Shown piece by piece: positions 18,801-27,934 of a stretch of 51,848 bases of DNA. The DNA is taken from positions 11,255-63,102 of the forward strand of contig DPBR01000004.1 of NCBI GenBank assembly GCA_003516865.1. Reading direction: 5' to 3'. The DNA is from Oscillospiraceae bacterium. GTDB lineage: Bacteria > Bacillota > Clostridia > Oscillospirales > Ruminococcaceae. The translations under genes and the position numbers were made by a program. Each line of letters opens with the position of its first letter. The first letter of the stretch is position 1. The notes under the pieces were generated by a model. That model was not told the origin of the DNA. It saw nothing but the letters and a program-made list of their open reading frames with translations, and made no database searches.

Positions 18801-20198
18801 GGGGTTGACAAAAGTTCCGAATTGGTCAATTATTTCACGATTTTTCAGCTTAACAGCTCCGATTTCGGTTATTCTTTCGGTTTTTGGCGAAAGACCCGTT
18901 GTTTCGAGGTCGAACACTATGATTTCGTCGTCAACCGAATAATCGCAGCAGCCAGCGACAAGCGCGGAGCTGTCGTTGACGAAATAAGCCTCAACGCCGT
19001 AAATCATCTTCATCTCCGAGCCGTCTTTTTGAAGCTTTTCAATTGTGTTCATCGCTTCGGGATAGCTCTGGAGATTGCCGTGGTCGGTTATTGCAACGGC
19101 GCGGTGTCCCCACGCGTTCGCCTGCTTAACGAGCTCGCCTGCGGGAGTTGTAGCGTCCATATCCGACATATTAGTATGCATATGCAGTTCAACACGCTTC
19201 TGCTCGGCGTTATCGCTGCGGCTCTTAACCTTTATTGAAGCCATTGAATCCGGACGGAAATTCAGGCTCTTTGTAAACTGGTCGAACTCGAATTTTCCCG
19301 AAACAATAATTGATTTTCCATCGGAAATATTCGATTTTACAGCTTCCTCGTTCGCCGCCTCGGTTATAATTTTAAGTATCTGCGAGGACGTTTTATCCGA
19401 AAAATACGCCGTGAAAATCAGCGTTTTTTTATCGCGCGACAGCTTGTCCTCCGTCTTGAAAACAGTACCCCAGAGCGTTGCCGCGTCCTGCTCGGAAAAA
19501 GGCTCCGACATCGGCACGGGCGCGTCGAAATTGCCCTTCCCGAAAAACAGCTTAGCGTTATTGTCAAAATGGGGGTTCTCAAACGGCAGGAGCGTTTCCT
19601 CCGGTTCGGTCAGAAACTGCGGTCTTCTCCCGCGTGAACCGCCGCCAGCGTATTTCGGTTTTGCAGGCTTCGGTGCTTCGCTCGTTACCGAAACCTTTTC
19701 AACGGGCGCTTCGCGGCTGACATATTCTTCAACGTCAAGCTCGTTGTCGGAAGAAAGAATTACGCTTATATTTTTATCGAAAATTCCCTTTACATAAGCT
19801 TCAATTTTCTTGTCAATTCCCATTCCGAGGAGCATTGACTTACCGCCGCTTTTAAGCGAAATCTCAAAAGTTTGTCCATCGTCGTCGATAACCGCGTTAT
19901 CAAAATAACCGTTTATGCTGACAAATTTCTTCTTCAGCAGCTCGAAAATTTCGTATAAATAGCTTGTCGAAAAAAGCTCGGAATAATACTTCGGATAAAT
20001 AGCGGCTTCAGCGTCAAGCTTTTTTGAGATTGCTTCGGAAGCCGCAAAAAGCTCTTTCATCGGCACAAGCTCTGAAAATTCGACATTAAAATTAAGCTCG
20101 TTTTTCGCTCTTTTGTGGGCGATTTTGAGAACGTTTCCCTCGGCGATTACCGCTGAAAAATCAATATCCTCAAACAATTCTTTAAGCGTACCGGACAT
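15861..20198 (-). CDS. polC: DNA polymerase III alpha subunit, PolC type
   Basis: 1445 aa; PHP ELHMHT, exonuclease FDLETTG, SRGS, CPKC/CPNC zinc finger, PDIDLNF, YMFPKAH. Confidence 0.98.
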   Translation of the reverse strand: MSGTLKELFEDIDFSAVIAEGNVLKIAHKRAKNELNFNVEFSELVPMKELFAASEAISKKLDAEAAIYPKYYSELFSTSYLYEIFELLKKKFVSINGYFDNAVIDDDGQTFEISLKSGGKSMLLGMGIDKKIEAYVKGIFDKNISVILSSDNELDVEEYVSREAPVEKVSVTSEAPKPAKPKYAGGGSRGRRPQFLTEPEETLLPFENPHFDNNAKLFFGKGNFDAPVPMSEPFSEQDAATLWGTVFKTEDKLSRDKKTLIFTAYFSDKTSSQILKIITEAANEEAVKSNISDGKSIIVSGKFEFDQFTKSLNFRPDSMASIKVKSRSDNAEQKRVELHMHTNMSDMDATTPAGELVKQANAWGHRAVAITDHGNLQSYPEAMNTIEKLQKDGSEMKMIYGVEAYFVNDSSALVAGCCDYSVDDEIIVFDLETTGLSPKTERITEIGAVKLKNREIIDQFGTFVNPEMPIPAQITEITGITDAMVENAPSEKDALEAFIKFAGKGVLVAHNANFDTSFIRAASSRQNIEYKFNFVDTVGICRAALPRLKNHKLDTVAKEYKLGDFNHHRAVDDAMMLAKIFQCLLNDAEKLGRLNKLGDLNDLFGGVDAKKLPTYHMIILAQNKVGLKNLYKLISLSNLNYFYKKPRIPLSELQKHREGLIIGSACEAGELFRAILDDKPQEEVDKIAAIYDYYEIQPICNNRFLVREGRVPDEEALRLLNQKIVRLAEKHGKLCVATCDVHFKDKEDGIFRKILQAGQGYKDADYQADLYFRTTDEMLEEFSYLGKEKAFEVVVTNTNKIADMIDGDIRPIPKGTFTPSIEGAEQELQDLCWGRANAWYKEDGKELPEIVESRLKRELESIIKYGFSVLYMIAQKLVKYSEDNGYLVGSRGSVGSSFVAIMSGISEVNPLAPHYRCPKCRHSEFVTDGSVGSGFDLPPKNCPNCGIDMIRDGHDIPFETFLGFKGDKAPDIDLNFSGEVQGKVHRYTEELFGKDHVFKAGTISAVKDKTAFGFVKKYCDEHGFTFNDAEIERLTIGCTGVKRTTSQHPGGMVVVPNDYEVYDFTPVQHPADKTESDMITTHFDFHALHDTILKLDELGHDVPTLYKHLEDMTGIKIADVPTSDPLVYKLFVSTEPLNLQEDIGVKSGTFGIPEFGTSFAMQMLQDAQPKNFSDLLQISGLSHGTDVWLGNAQDLIKNGTCTISDVIGTRDSIMVYLMHKGVEPSLAFKIMEITRKGNAKKLFNEDIYKAFEENNVPEWYVESCKKIKYMFPKAHAAAYVTAAVKLAWFKIHKPAEFYAATLTKHTDNLELETILRGKAAVKQRIEEIRSNQKPSAKEEDVMDVLLLIYEMMARGIDVLPVDAKLSNAVTYVVEDGKLRMPFMAVSGCGETAALKLKEVIDSGEALSIDEIQSMSGVNSTVIEKLKDMGVFKGFQQSAQYTLFDI

Positions 20199-20209
20199 AT
20201 TTTATCCTT

Positions 20210-21238
20210 TCAAAGTAAATCAATTTCTTTTTTCAGCTCGGATAAGAGCATTTTTTCGGGAACTTTTCTCAGAATTTGCCCCTTTCGGAAAATCAAGCCC
20301 TCGCCGTTTCCTCCGGCAATTCCTATATCAGCCTCGCGCGCTTCTCCCGGACCGTTTACCACGCAGCCCATAACCGCGACTTTAATCGGCTTTTTCACAT
20401 CGGCAAGCAGCTTTTCCACTTCGCCCGCAAGTGAAATCAGGTCGATTTTCGTTCTTCCGCAAGTCGGACAGGAAACGATTTCCGCGCCTTCGTACAGCCC
20501 GCAGGCTTTTAGTATATCCTTTGCCGCGTAAACCTCTTTAATCGGGTCAGCCGTGAGCGAAACGCGTATCGTCGAGCCTATCCCATCGCACAAAAGCGAG
20601 CCTATTCCAACGGCGGACTTGATTATACCCATTCTTTCGGTTCCCGCCTCGGTAACTCCCAGATGAAGAGGATAGTCCGTTTTCTGCGCAAGCAGCCTGT
20701 AAGCGGCAATCATAAGCCTTACGCTTGACGATTTTATGCTGATTACAATATCGTCAAAATCAAATTTATTCAGTAATTTAACGTGTTCCAGAGCGCTTTC
20801 AACCAGCGCTTCGGGAGTTGGACTTCCGTACTTTTCAAGAAGCCTTTTTTCCAAAGAACCCGAATTTACGCCTATCCTTATCGGAATATTTTTTGCTCTG
20901 CAAGCGTCCGCAACAGCTTTTACGCCATCTTCCGAGCCGATATTTCCGGGGTTTATGCGGATTTTGTCAACTCCGCGCTCTACGCACGCAAGTGCAATCT
21001 TGTAATCGAAGTGAATATCCGCGACAATCGGCACGTTTACCGCATTTTTCAGCGCTTCAATAAGCGCCGCGTTTTCAACCCTCGGAACTGCGGCGCGAAT
21101 AATCTCACAGCCTGCTTTTTCAAGCTCAACAGCCTGCTTAACGCTGTTTTCAACATCGTCTGCGGGAACGTTAAGCATTGACTGAATATAGATTTTTTCG
21201 CCGCCAAAAACGCAATTTCCGATTTTTACCTTCTTCAT
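20210..21238 (-). CDS. ispG: HMBPP synthase
   Basis: IQSM, VADIHFD, RINPGN, HLGVTEAG, SCPTCGR, MGCVVNGPGE. Confidence 0.97.
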   Translation of the reverse strand: MKKVKIGNCVFGGEKIYIQSMLNVPADDVENSVKQAVELEKAGCEIIRAAVPRVENAALIEALKNAVNVPIVADIHFDYKIALACVERGVDKIRINPGNIGSEDGVKAVADACRAKNIPIRIGVNSGSLEKRLLEKYGSPTPEALVESALEHVKLLNKFDFDDIVISIKSSSVRLMIAAYRLLAQKTDYPLHLGVTEAGTERMGIIKSAVGIGSLLCDGIGSTIRVSLTADPIKEVYAAKDILKACGLYEGAEIVSCPTCGRTKIDLISLAGEVEKLLADVKKPIKVAVMGCVVNGPGEAREADIGIAGGNGEGLIFRKGQILRKVPEKMLLSELKKEIDLL

Positions 21239-21242
21239 CAAA

Positions 21243-22415
21243 TTACCTCGCAAAAAGCTTTGAAATATCGTTAAATGAAATCACAATAATAAACAACAGC
21301 AAAAGAGCCATACCCGCGAAGTGAATCATACCCTCGACCTGCTGTTTAACGGGCTTTCTGCGGATAAGCTCGACAATCAGGAAAATCAGTCTTGCTCCGT
21401 CAAGTCCGGGTATCGGAAGAAGGTTAAACACACCGACGTTTATCGACAAAAACGCCATTACGCTCATAAAATCGGAGAAAGTGTACGTTTTAACAGCCTC
21501 GGTTATTACAGAGCCAACGCCGATAGGCCCCGAAAAATCATTCAGTCCGTATTTTCCCTTAACTATGTCAACAATCGTAAGCAAAATAATTCTCGCCTTT
21601 GAGGAGCTCTCGCGAAATCCCATACTGACAACGTTTCCGAAGTTCTTTTCAAGACGATAAACAAAAAAATCAAAGTAAACTCCGCTTGAACCGTCCTGAC
21701 GATTAGTCGTCATAAATTCAACGTCCTTAAGCAAAACCGTTTCGCCGTTTCTCCTCACGGTTATATCGAAAACAAGGTTTCCCGCCTCGTTTTTTCTGTC
21801 GCTTGACTGCATTTTGTAGGTTATATCCGACGCAGAATAAATCGGAAGTCCCTCTATATTCAGAATTTCATCGTTTACCATAAGCTGAGAACTGCTCACG
21901 CTCTGTTCCCTAAACTCGCTCACGGTTGTGGAGGCTATCGCCTCGGAAGTGCAAAGCGAAATCACCACAACGATAAAGCCGAGAATAAGATTCATCAGCG
22001 GTCCGCAGACAAGTACAATCATTCTCTGCCAGACGGGCTTTCTGTTGAACGCGCGGGGATTTGGCTCGACAATTTCGCCCTTTTCCTCGTCAAAATCCTC
22101 GATATCCGTTTCAAACGCGCAGTATCCTCCCACGGGAAACGCGCGGACAACATACTCTGTTTCTTTCCCCTGCTTTCTGAACAGCGCGGGACCCATTCCG
22201 AACGCAAACTGCTTTACATAAATTCCGCAGGCTTTTGCCGCGGCGAAGTGTCCGAGTTCGTGAACCATTATTATCAACAGAAATACAAGCACTGCGACAA
22301 CAATGGGAAAAATGTTCATAAAAACGTCATAAGCCAAATATCTAAGCAGAACAAACGCTCCCACAACGAGAACTAGCGCGAGAATTGAAATTAATCTTTT
22401 TGCTTTTACCGACAT
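21243..22415 (-). CDS. rseP: RIP metalloprotease RseP/RasP (M50B)
   Basis: HELGH, GGYC, GPLMN, PDZ-like region, NLLPIPGLDG; canonical dxr-rseP-ispG context. Confidence 0.93.
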   Translation of the reverse strand: MSVKAKRLISILALVLVVGAFVLLRYLAYDVFMNIFPIVVAVLVFLLIIMVHELGHFAAAKACGIYVKQFAFGMGPALFRKQGKETEYVVRAFPVGGYCAFETDIEDFDEEKGEIVEPNPRAFNRKPVWQRMIVLVCGPLMNLILGFIVVVISLCTSEAIASTTVSEFREQSVSSSQLMVNDEILNIEGLPIYSASDITYKMQSSDRKNEAGNLVFDITVRRNGETVLLKDVEFMTTNRQDGSSGVYFDFFVYRLEKNFGNVVSMGFRESSSKARIILLTIVDIVKGKYGLNDFSGPIGVGSVITEAVKTYTFSDFMSVMAFLSINVGVFNLLPIPGLDGARLIFLIVELIRRKPVKQQVEGMIHFAGMALLLLFIIVISFNDISKLFAR

Positions 22416-22425
22416 ATTTCCTCCA

Positions 22426-23559
22426 TTAAACCGCAGAAAAAACATATTCTTCCGCAGCAGCTCTTGTGTTAAGAATATCCGAAAGCGCGGGATTATGTAT
22501 ATATTCTACGTCGGAAAGCGCGCTGTTAACCATTTCTCCTATCTGAAGAAAACCGATTTTTTCTTCAAGGAAGAGCGAAACCGCCGCTTCATTTGCACAA
22601 TTTACTATACAAGGCGCGTTTCCGCCCATTTCAATAGCCTTTTTCGCAGCGGAAAGACAGCTGAAAACCTTTTTGTCAGGCTTTTCAAAAGTAAGCGAAC
22701 CGACTTCCGTCAACGACAGCTTTTTCGCCGGACAAGGGAAACGATTCGGCGCGGTCAGCGCGAACTGTATCGGAATACGCATATCCGCGCTTCCGAGTTG
22801 AGCGATAATAGCGCCGTCCTCAAACTCGACAGCGGAATGAAGAACGCTCTGCCGATGAACCGTAATTTCAATCTGCGCGGGTTTTACGCCGAAAAGCCAG
22901 ACCGCCTCGATAAGTTCAAGTCCTTTATTCATCATAGTTGCGCTGTCAATCGTAACCTTTTCGCCCATTTTCCAGTTCGGGTGTCTGAGAGCCTGCTCTT
23001 TTGTGATATTTTCAAGCTCTGCGCGCGTCCTGCCGAAAAACGGTCCTCCCGACGCAGTAAGGATAATCTTTGAAACTTTGTTTTCACCCGCGCCGAGAAG
23101 GCATTGATAAATCGCGGAATGTTCGCTGTCGATAGGCGTTATTTCAACGTTTTTCTCGCGAGCCGCTTTCATTACAATCTCGCCGCCCGCGACAAGCGTT
23201 TCTTTATTTGCAAGCGCGACATTATTTCCAACGCTGATTGCCGCAAGCGTCGGCAGCAATCCCGCCATTCCCACAACAGCGTTTACCGTCTTATCGCAGG
23301 AAACCGCTGAAAGGTCGCAGAGCCCGTCGCTTCCGGCAAGAATTTTCGTATTCAAATCCGAAAGCCGCCGTTTGATTTCAGAATAATTGCTCTCGTCTGA
23401 AACAGCGACATATTCGGGCAAAAACTCACGCGCTTGCTTTTCCAAAAGGTCAAGATTTTTATGCGCTGACAGACCCTTAATCCTGATATTATGCGCACGG
23501 CAAACTTCAATTGTCTGCGTGCCAATCGAACCGGTCGAACCTAAAAGTACAATTTCCAT
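22426..23559 (-). CDS. dxr: 1-deoxy-D-xylulose-5-phosphate reductoisomerase
   Basis: LGSTGSIG, LANKETLV, PIDSEHSA, HPNWKMG, DSATMMNKGLE. Confidence 0.97.
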   Translation of the reverse strand: MEIVLLGSTGSIGTQTIEVCRAHNIRIKGLSAHKNLDLLEKQAREFLPEYVAVSDESNYSEIKRRLSDLNTKILAGSDGLCDLSAVSCDKTVNAVVGMAGLLPTLAAISVGNNVALANKETLVAGGEIVMKAAREKNVEITPIDSEHSAIYQCLLGAGENKVSKIILTASGGPFFGRTRAELENITKEQALRHPNWKMGEKVTIDSATMMNKGLELIEAVWLFGVKPAQIEITVHRQSVLHSAVEFEDGAIIAQLGSADMRIPIQFALTAPNRFPCPAKKLSLTEVGSLTFEKPDKKVFSCLSAAKKAIEMGGNAPCIVNCANEAAVSLFLEEKIGFLQIGEMVNSALSDVEYIHNPALSDILNTRAAAEEYVFSAV

Positions 23560-23623
23560 CTTTTCTCCTTTAAAAATCTAAAGGGAGAAAACTTCTGTTT
23601 CCTCCCCCCTGACAGAGAACTTA

Positions 23624-24472
23624 TTACATTATCGGTGAAACAAAGCTGTAAACCACATATACAAAAGGCGCGACAAACAGAACGCTGTCAAAACGGTCGA
23701 GAATACCACCGTGACCCGGCATCAGATTTCCAAAATCCTTAACGTCATACTGACGCTTTATGACAGACATCGACAAATCTCCCAACACGCCCGCCACGCT
23801 CGCCACCATTCCTATGGGAATAAGCAGGGCGTAGTTCATCTTGTAAATTTCTTCGCTCGGTAAAATCAGGTTATACACAAGGCACTGAGCCGTCACGACA
23901 ATTCCGACCATAACAATTCCGCCAATCAGCCCTTCAACCGTTTTCTTTGGACTTATTGAGGGGCAAAGCTTATGTTTGCCGAAGAATGTACCGACAAAAT
24001 ATGCTCCGGAGTCCCCAATCCAAGCGCAAAAAAGAAGATAAACCAGCATAAATACGCCCGGAAGATAACCGCCCTCGGCATACCACGGGAGATTTCTCAC
24101 GAAAATAATACAGCTTAGCGAAATGGGTATTGCAATCCCTGCGCTTCCGCATGCCGCTATTTCGACAAATTTTATCTTCTTGTGCATTGCAAGCATTATA
24201 ACAAGCAATATCATTATATACACAAGACACGCCATAACCCAAAAAGTTTTCAGAAAATCAAAAGTAAGAAGCGACGGCGTTGCAAGTGCGAAAATCACGC
24301 AAAAACAGGTCAGAAATCTATGCTTATCGCATTTTATTGCGCGAATAAGCTCAAAAGTACCTATTCCGCTGAAAAGAGATATCAATACAAGATAAACCGC
24401 AAGCTTATCTATAATTAGCGCCGAAACTCCGATTACCATTGCAACCAGCGCCGAAATAATTCTTTTAAGCAT
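23624..24472 (-). CDS. cdsA: Phosphatidate cytidylyltransferase
   Basis: SISPKKTVEG, KRQYDVKDFG, PGHGGILDRFDS. Confidence 0.96.
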   Translation of the reverse strand: MLKRIISALVAMVIGVSALIIDKLAVYLVLISLFSGIGTFELIRAIKCDKHRFLTCFCVIFALATPSLLTFDFLKTFWVMACLVYIMILLVIMLAMHKKIKFVEIAACGSAGIAIPISLSCIIFVRNLPWYAEGGYLPGVFMLVYLLFCAWIGDSGAYFVGTFFGKHKLCPSISPKKTVEGLIGGIVMVGIVVTAQCLVYNLILPSEEIYKMNYALLIPIGMVASVAGVLGDLSMSVIKRQYDVKDFGNLMPGHGGILDRFDSVLFVAPFVYVVYSFVSPIM

Positions 24473-24496
24473 AATCAGCCTTTCAGGTAAGATACG

Positions 24497-25201
24497 TCAA
24501 ATTCCGCCGAACCTGCGGTTTCTTCCCGCATACTCCGCCATGGCGCTCTCCAAGTCTTTTTTTGTAAAATCGGGCCAAAGAACGTCCATAAAAACGAACT
24601 CGGCATATGCCGCCTGCCAAATCAAAAAATTTGACAAACGCTTTTCACCGCTCGGTCTGATTATCAAGTCAAGCGGAGGCATTTCGCTTGTGTAAAGGTG
24701 CTTTTCAATAAGCTCTTCGCTTATTTCATCAGGATTTATCATGCCGGAAACACATTCATTGGCAATGCTCTTCGCCGCACGAACCAACTCCGCTCTCCCG
24801 CCGTAATTCAGCGCAATTCCCACGATGAACGCGGTGTTGTCCCGAGAACGCTCCTGTATTTCAACAAGCTCCTCGCGGATATCTTCGTCAAACCTCGAAA
24901 TATCTCCCAGAATAATTACCCGCGTTTCATTCTTGACGGTATCTCTTATATCCTTAATATACCGCCTGAGCAGGTTCATTATTCCTTTTATTTCATCATC
25001 GGGACGGCTCCAGTTTTCCGTCGAAAACGCATAAAATGTCGCGCATTTAACGCCAAGCTCCTTGCACCAATCTATGCAGTTCTTAAAAACGTCCGCGCCT
25101 TTTGAGTGACCCATTGTCCGCGGAAGCAGACGTTTTTTTGCCCAGCGCCCGTTTCCGTCCATAATAAAGCCGATATGAGCAGGAATTTGAATATTATCCA
25201 T
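24497..25201 (-). CDS. uppS: Undecaprenyl diphosphate synthase
   Basis: IMDGNGRWA, AFSTENW, NYGGR, RLSNFLIWQ, RRFGG. Confidence 0.97.
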   Translation of the reverse strand: MDNIQIPAHIGFIMDGNGRWAKKRLLPRTMGHSKGADVFKNCIDWCKELGVKCATFYAFSTENWSRPDDEIKGIMNLLRRYIKDIRDTVKNETRVIILGDISRFDEDIREELVEIQERSRDNTAFIVGIALNYGGRAELVRAAKSIANECVSGMINPDEISEELIEKHLYTSEMPPLDLIIRPSGEKRLSNFLIWQAAYAEFVFMDVLWPDFTKKDLESAMAEYAGRNRRFGGI

Positions 25202-25755
25202 CAAATCGACATTATTTCCTTATCCTTTTCTTCGCCTATTTTGTCTATTTGCTCAATATACTTATCCGTTACCTTCTGGATATCCTTTTCCGCTTCCTTA
25301 ACGTCGTCCTCAGTAATTTCATTTGCCTTTTTCTTCGCCTTAATCTTATCCATACCGTCGCGGCGAACGTTTCTAATTGCAACCTTGCTTTCCTCGCAGG
25401 TCTTGCTTACGGTTTTGCAGAGTTCTTTTCTGCGCTCCTCGGTAAGCTGCGGGAATGCAATTCTCAGAACAGTTCCGTCATTTGTGGGGTTAATTCCGAG
25501 TTCTGAAGCCTGAATTGCCTTTTCAATAGCTTTAAGCTGAGATTTGTCGTACGGCGAAACGATAAGAATTCTCGCCTCAGCAACGGAAATCGACGCCATC
25601 TGATTTATGGGCGTTTCAGCGCCATAGTAATTAACAAAAATCCTGTCGAGAACAGCGGGGTTTGCCCTTCCCGCGCGGATTGAAGCAAGCTCGCTCTGAA
25701 GCGCGGTTATGCACTTTTCCATTCTTTGTTTTGTATTATCAATAATTTCTTTCAT
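25201..25755 (-). CDS. frr: Ribosome recycling factor
   Basis: IRAGRANP, LTEERRKEL, VAIRNVRR. Confidence 0.97.
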   Translation of the reverse strand: MKEIIDNTKQRMEKCITALQSELASIRAGRANPAVLDRIFVNYYGAETPINQMASISVAEARILIVSPYDKSQLKAIEKAIQASELGINPTNDGTVLRIAFPQLTEERRKELCKTVSKTCEESKVAIRNVRRDGMDKIKAKKKANEITEDDVKEAEKDIQKVTDKYIEQIDKIGEEKDKEIMSI

Positions 25756-25773
25756 AATAAAATCCCCCTTATA

Positions 25774-26499
25774 TTACTTATTTTTTACGACAAGCGTACC
25801 GACGCTCTTTCCAAGCGCAGCGTCATAAATATTATCCGGTCTGTCGAGATTGAACACGATTATCGGAATGTCATTTTCCGTGCATATAGCTGCTGCGGCG
25901 CTGTCCATAACCTTGAGCTTCTTTACAAGAATATCGTGATGAGTAATCACATCGAATTTTACCGCGTCAGGATACTTTTTCGGGTCTTTATCGTATATTC
26001 CGTCAACCATCGTTGCTTTGAGGATAATATCAGCTTTAAGCTCGGCGGCTCTCAGCGACGCCGCGCTGTCCGTTGAAAAGAACGGATTTCCCGTGCCGCA
26101 GCCGAAAATCACTATTCTTCCCTTTTCAAGGTGACGAAGCGCCTTTCCGAGAATAAACGGTTCGGCAACCTGCTGCATTGTAATCGCGGTCTGAACTCTG
26201 ACTGTACAGCCCATTCTTTCGAGAACATCGGCAACAGCAAGCGCATTCATTGTTGTCGCAAGCATACCGATATGGTCGGCGCGCGCTCTGTCGGAGCCTT
26301 TGCAGTCCCTTCCTCTCCAGAAGTTGCCGCCTCCGACAACAATGCCTATTTCAGCACCCGCGTCAGCGGTTTTTTTGATGCTTTTACAGATGTTTTCAAC
26401 GGTCGGGAAATCAAGTCCCTGTCCCATTTCTCCCGCAAGCGCTTCTCCGCTCAGTTTCAGCAAAATACGCTTGTATTTAAGCTCCGAGTTATCACTCAT
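25774..26499 (-). CDS. pyrH: UMP kinase
   Basis: YKRILLKLSGEAL, VVGGGNFWRG, GTGNPFFSTD. Confidence 0.97.
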   Translation of the reverse strand: MSDNSELKYKRILLKLSGEALAGEMGQGLDFPTVENICKSIKKTADAGAEIGIVVGGGNFWRGRDCKGSDRARADHIGMLATTMNALAVADVLERMGCTVRVQTAITMQQVAEPFILGKALRHLEKGRIVIFGCGTGNPFFSTDSAASLRAAELKADIILKATMVDGIYDKDPKKYPDAVKFDVITHHDILVKKLKVMDSAAAAICTENDIPIIVFNLDRPDNIYDAALGKSVGTLVVKNK

Positions 26500-26515
26500 A
26501 AAAATCCTCCGCTAA

Positions 26516-27757
26516 TCAATAATCAAGAACTCTCAGCCTGCCGAGAACTTCCGCATTAGCGGAAACCTTCCCGATAGCCTCAAGAGCAGCCTTCTCGGTC
26601 ATAGTGCCGGTAACAAACGCAAGTTCATTTTCCGCAGATTTCTTTGATGTGAGGTACTCGACATCGCCGAAAGCATCTTTAATATCAGCCTTAACCGCGT
26701 CCGGGTTCTTTGCAAGCAGTCTGACATAATTCCCGCAGGTAAATTTCTCGAACGGTCTGATAAAACTCTGCTCGCTGTCAGCCCAGTCGAGCGAACGGCT
26801 TGTTTTCGTGTGTTTGACGGCGGATATGATATCGGAAACCACCGCGCTTGCCGTCGGAAGCTTTCCCGCGCCCTTTCCGTAGAACACAACATCTCCCGTT
26901 GCATCGCCGCGAACAAGTATTGCATTGAACACGTCGTTAACGCCGCTTAACTGACTCTCGTCCTTGATGACCGCGGGAAATACTCCGATTGAAATTTCGT
27001 TTCCTTCCTCACGGCGAGCGCAGCCGATGAGCTTTATTTTAGCGTTATAGCTGTCCACATACTCAACGTCTTCGAGAGTAACTTTCGTTATGCCCTCTGT
27101 GTGAACATTTTCCGGATAAACGTGCCTGCCGAATGCAAGCGACGCGAGAATACAAATTTTTCTGCAAGCGTCAACGCCCTCGACATCAGCGGCAGGATTT
27201 CTCTCGGCATAACCAAGTTCCTGCGCTATTTTCAGCGCCTCGTCAAAGCCCATACCGTCGCGGAACATCTTTGTGAGAATAAAGTTTGTCGTTCCGTTGA
27301 GAATACCGGCAATTTCCTTTATTTCATTAGCCTCAAGGCAAGCGTGAATAGGCTTGATAATCGGAATACCGCCGCCCACGCTTGCTTCAAAGAAGAAGTT
27401 TACGTTCTTTTCGCGCGCAACTGAAAGAAGCTCGGCGCCTTTCTTTGCGACAAGTTCCTTGTTTGATGTTACAACGCTTTTTCCCGCAAGAAGTGAAGAT
27501 TTTACAAAATCATATGATGGTTTAATTCCTCCGATTACTTCGGTTACGACAGTAACTTCGGGGTCGTTAAGAATAATATTGAAATCCTTTACAAATTTAT
27601 CAGCATACGGGCTGTCGGGAAAATCACGGAGGTCTAGAATATATTTAATATCAAGCGGTTCGCCCGCTTTTTTTTCAAGATTTTGCTTATTTTTGTAAAA
27701 GACCTCGACGGTTCCCGAACCGACAACGCCGTATCCCAGAACGGCGATTTTTGCCAT
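26516..27757 (-). CDS. hom: Homoserine dehydrogenase
   Basis: LGYGVVGSG, VVTSNK, FEASVGGGIP, LNGTTNFIL, GKGAGKLPTASAV. Confidence 0.95.
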   Translation of the reverse strand: MAKIAVLGYGVVGSGTVEVFYKNKQNLEKKAGEPLDIKYILDLRDFPDSPYADKFVKDFNIILNDPEVTVVTEVIGGIKPSYDFVKSSLLAGKSVVTSNKELVAKKGAELLSVAREKNVNFFFEASVGGGIPIIKPIHACLEANEIKEIAGILNGTTNFILTKMFRDGMGFDEALKIAQELGYAERNPAADVEGVDACRKICILASLAFGRHVYPENVHTEGITKVTLEDVEYVDSYNAKIKLIGCARREEGNEISIGVFPAVIKDESQLSGVNDVFNAILVRGDATGDVVFYGKGAGKLPTASAVVSDIISAVKHTKTSRSLDWADSEQSFIRPFEKFTCGNYVRLLAKNPDAVKADIKDAFGDVEYLTSKKSAENELAFVTGTMTEKAALEAIGKVSANAEVLGRLRVLDY

Positions 27758-27796
27758 AATAAACATCCTTTCCGAATAATTTGTTCTATCTTATAT

Positions 27797-27825
27797 AGTA
27801 TATCACATTACGGAATTTTTTTCAA
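27797..27825 (-). promoter_or_regulatory. Sigma-A promoter for the hom-pyrH...polC run
   Basis: TTGAAA-17-TATACT with TGTG extension. Confidence 0.65.
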
Positions 27826-27855
27826 GTGCTTTTTTCTTTGATAATGAGTTTTTGC

Positions 27856-27893
27856 AATAAAAATCCGCGCTTGAATTTCTCCAAACGCGGATA
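27856..27893 (-). terminator. Intrinsic terminator after glgA
   Basis: Minus strand ATCCGCGTTTG-loop-CAAGCGCGGAT then TTTTATT. Confidence 0.7.
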
Positions 27894-27934
27894 TTAATAC
27901 TCATCTGTATCTTTTCAGCCTGAAGTATGCGATA

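Noticed and set aside
15861..20198. Intein or intron in polC
   Set aside because: 1445 aa is a normal PolC length, the domains are contiguous and no splicing motifs are seen
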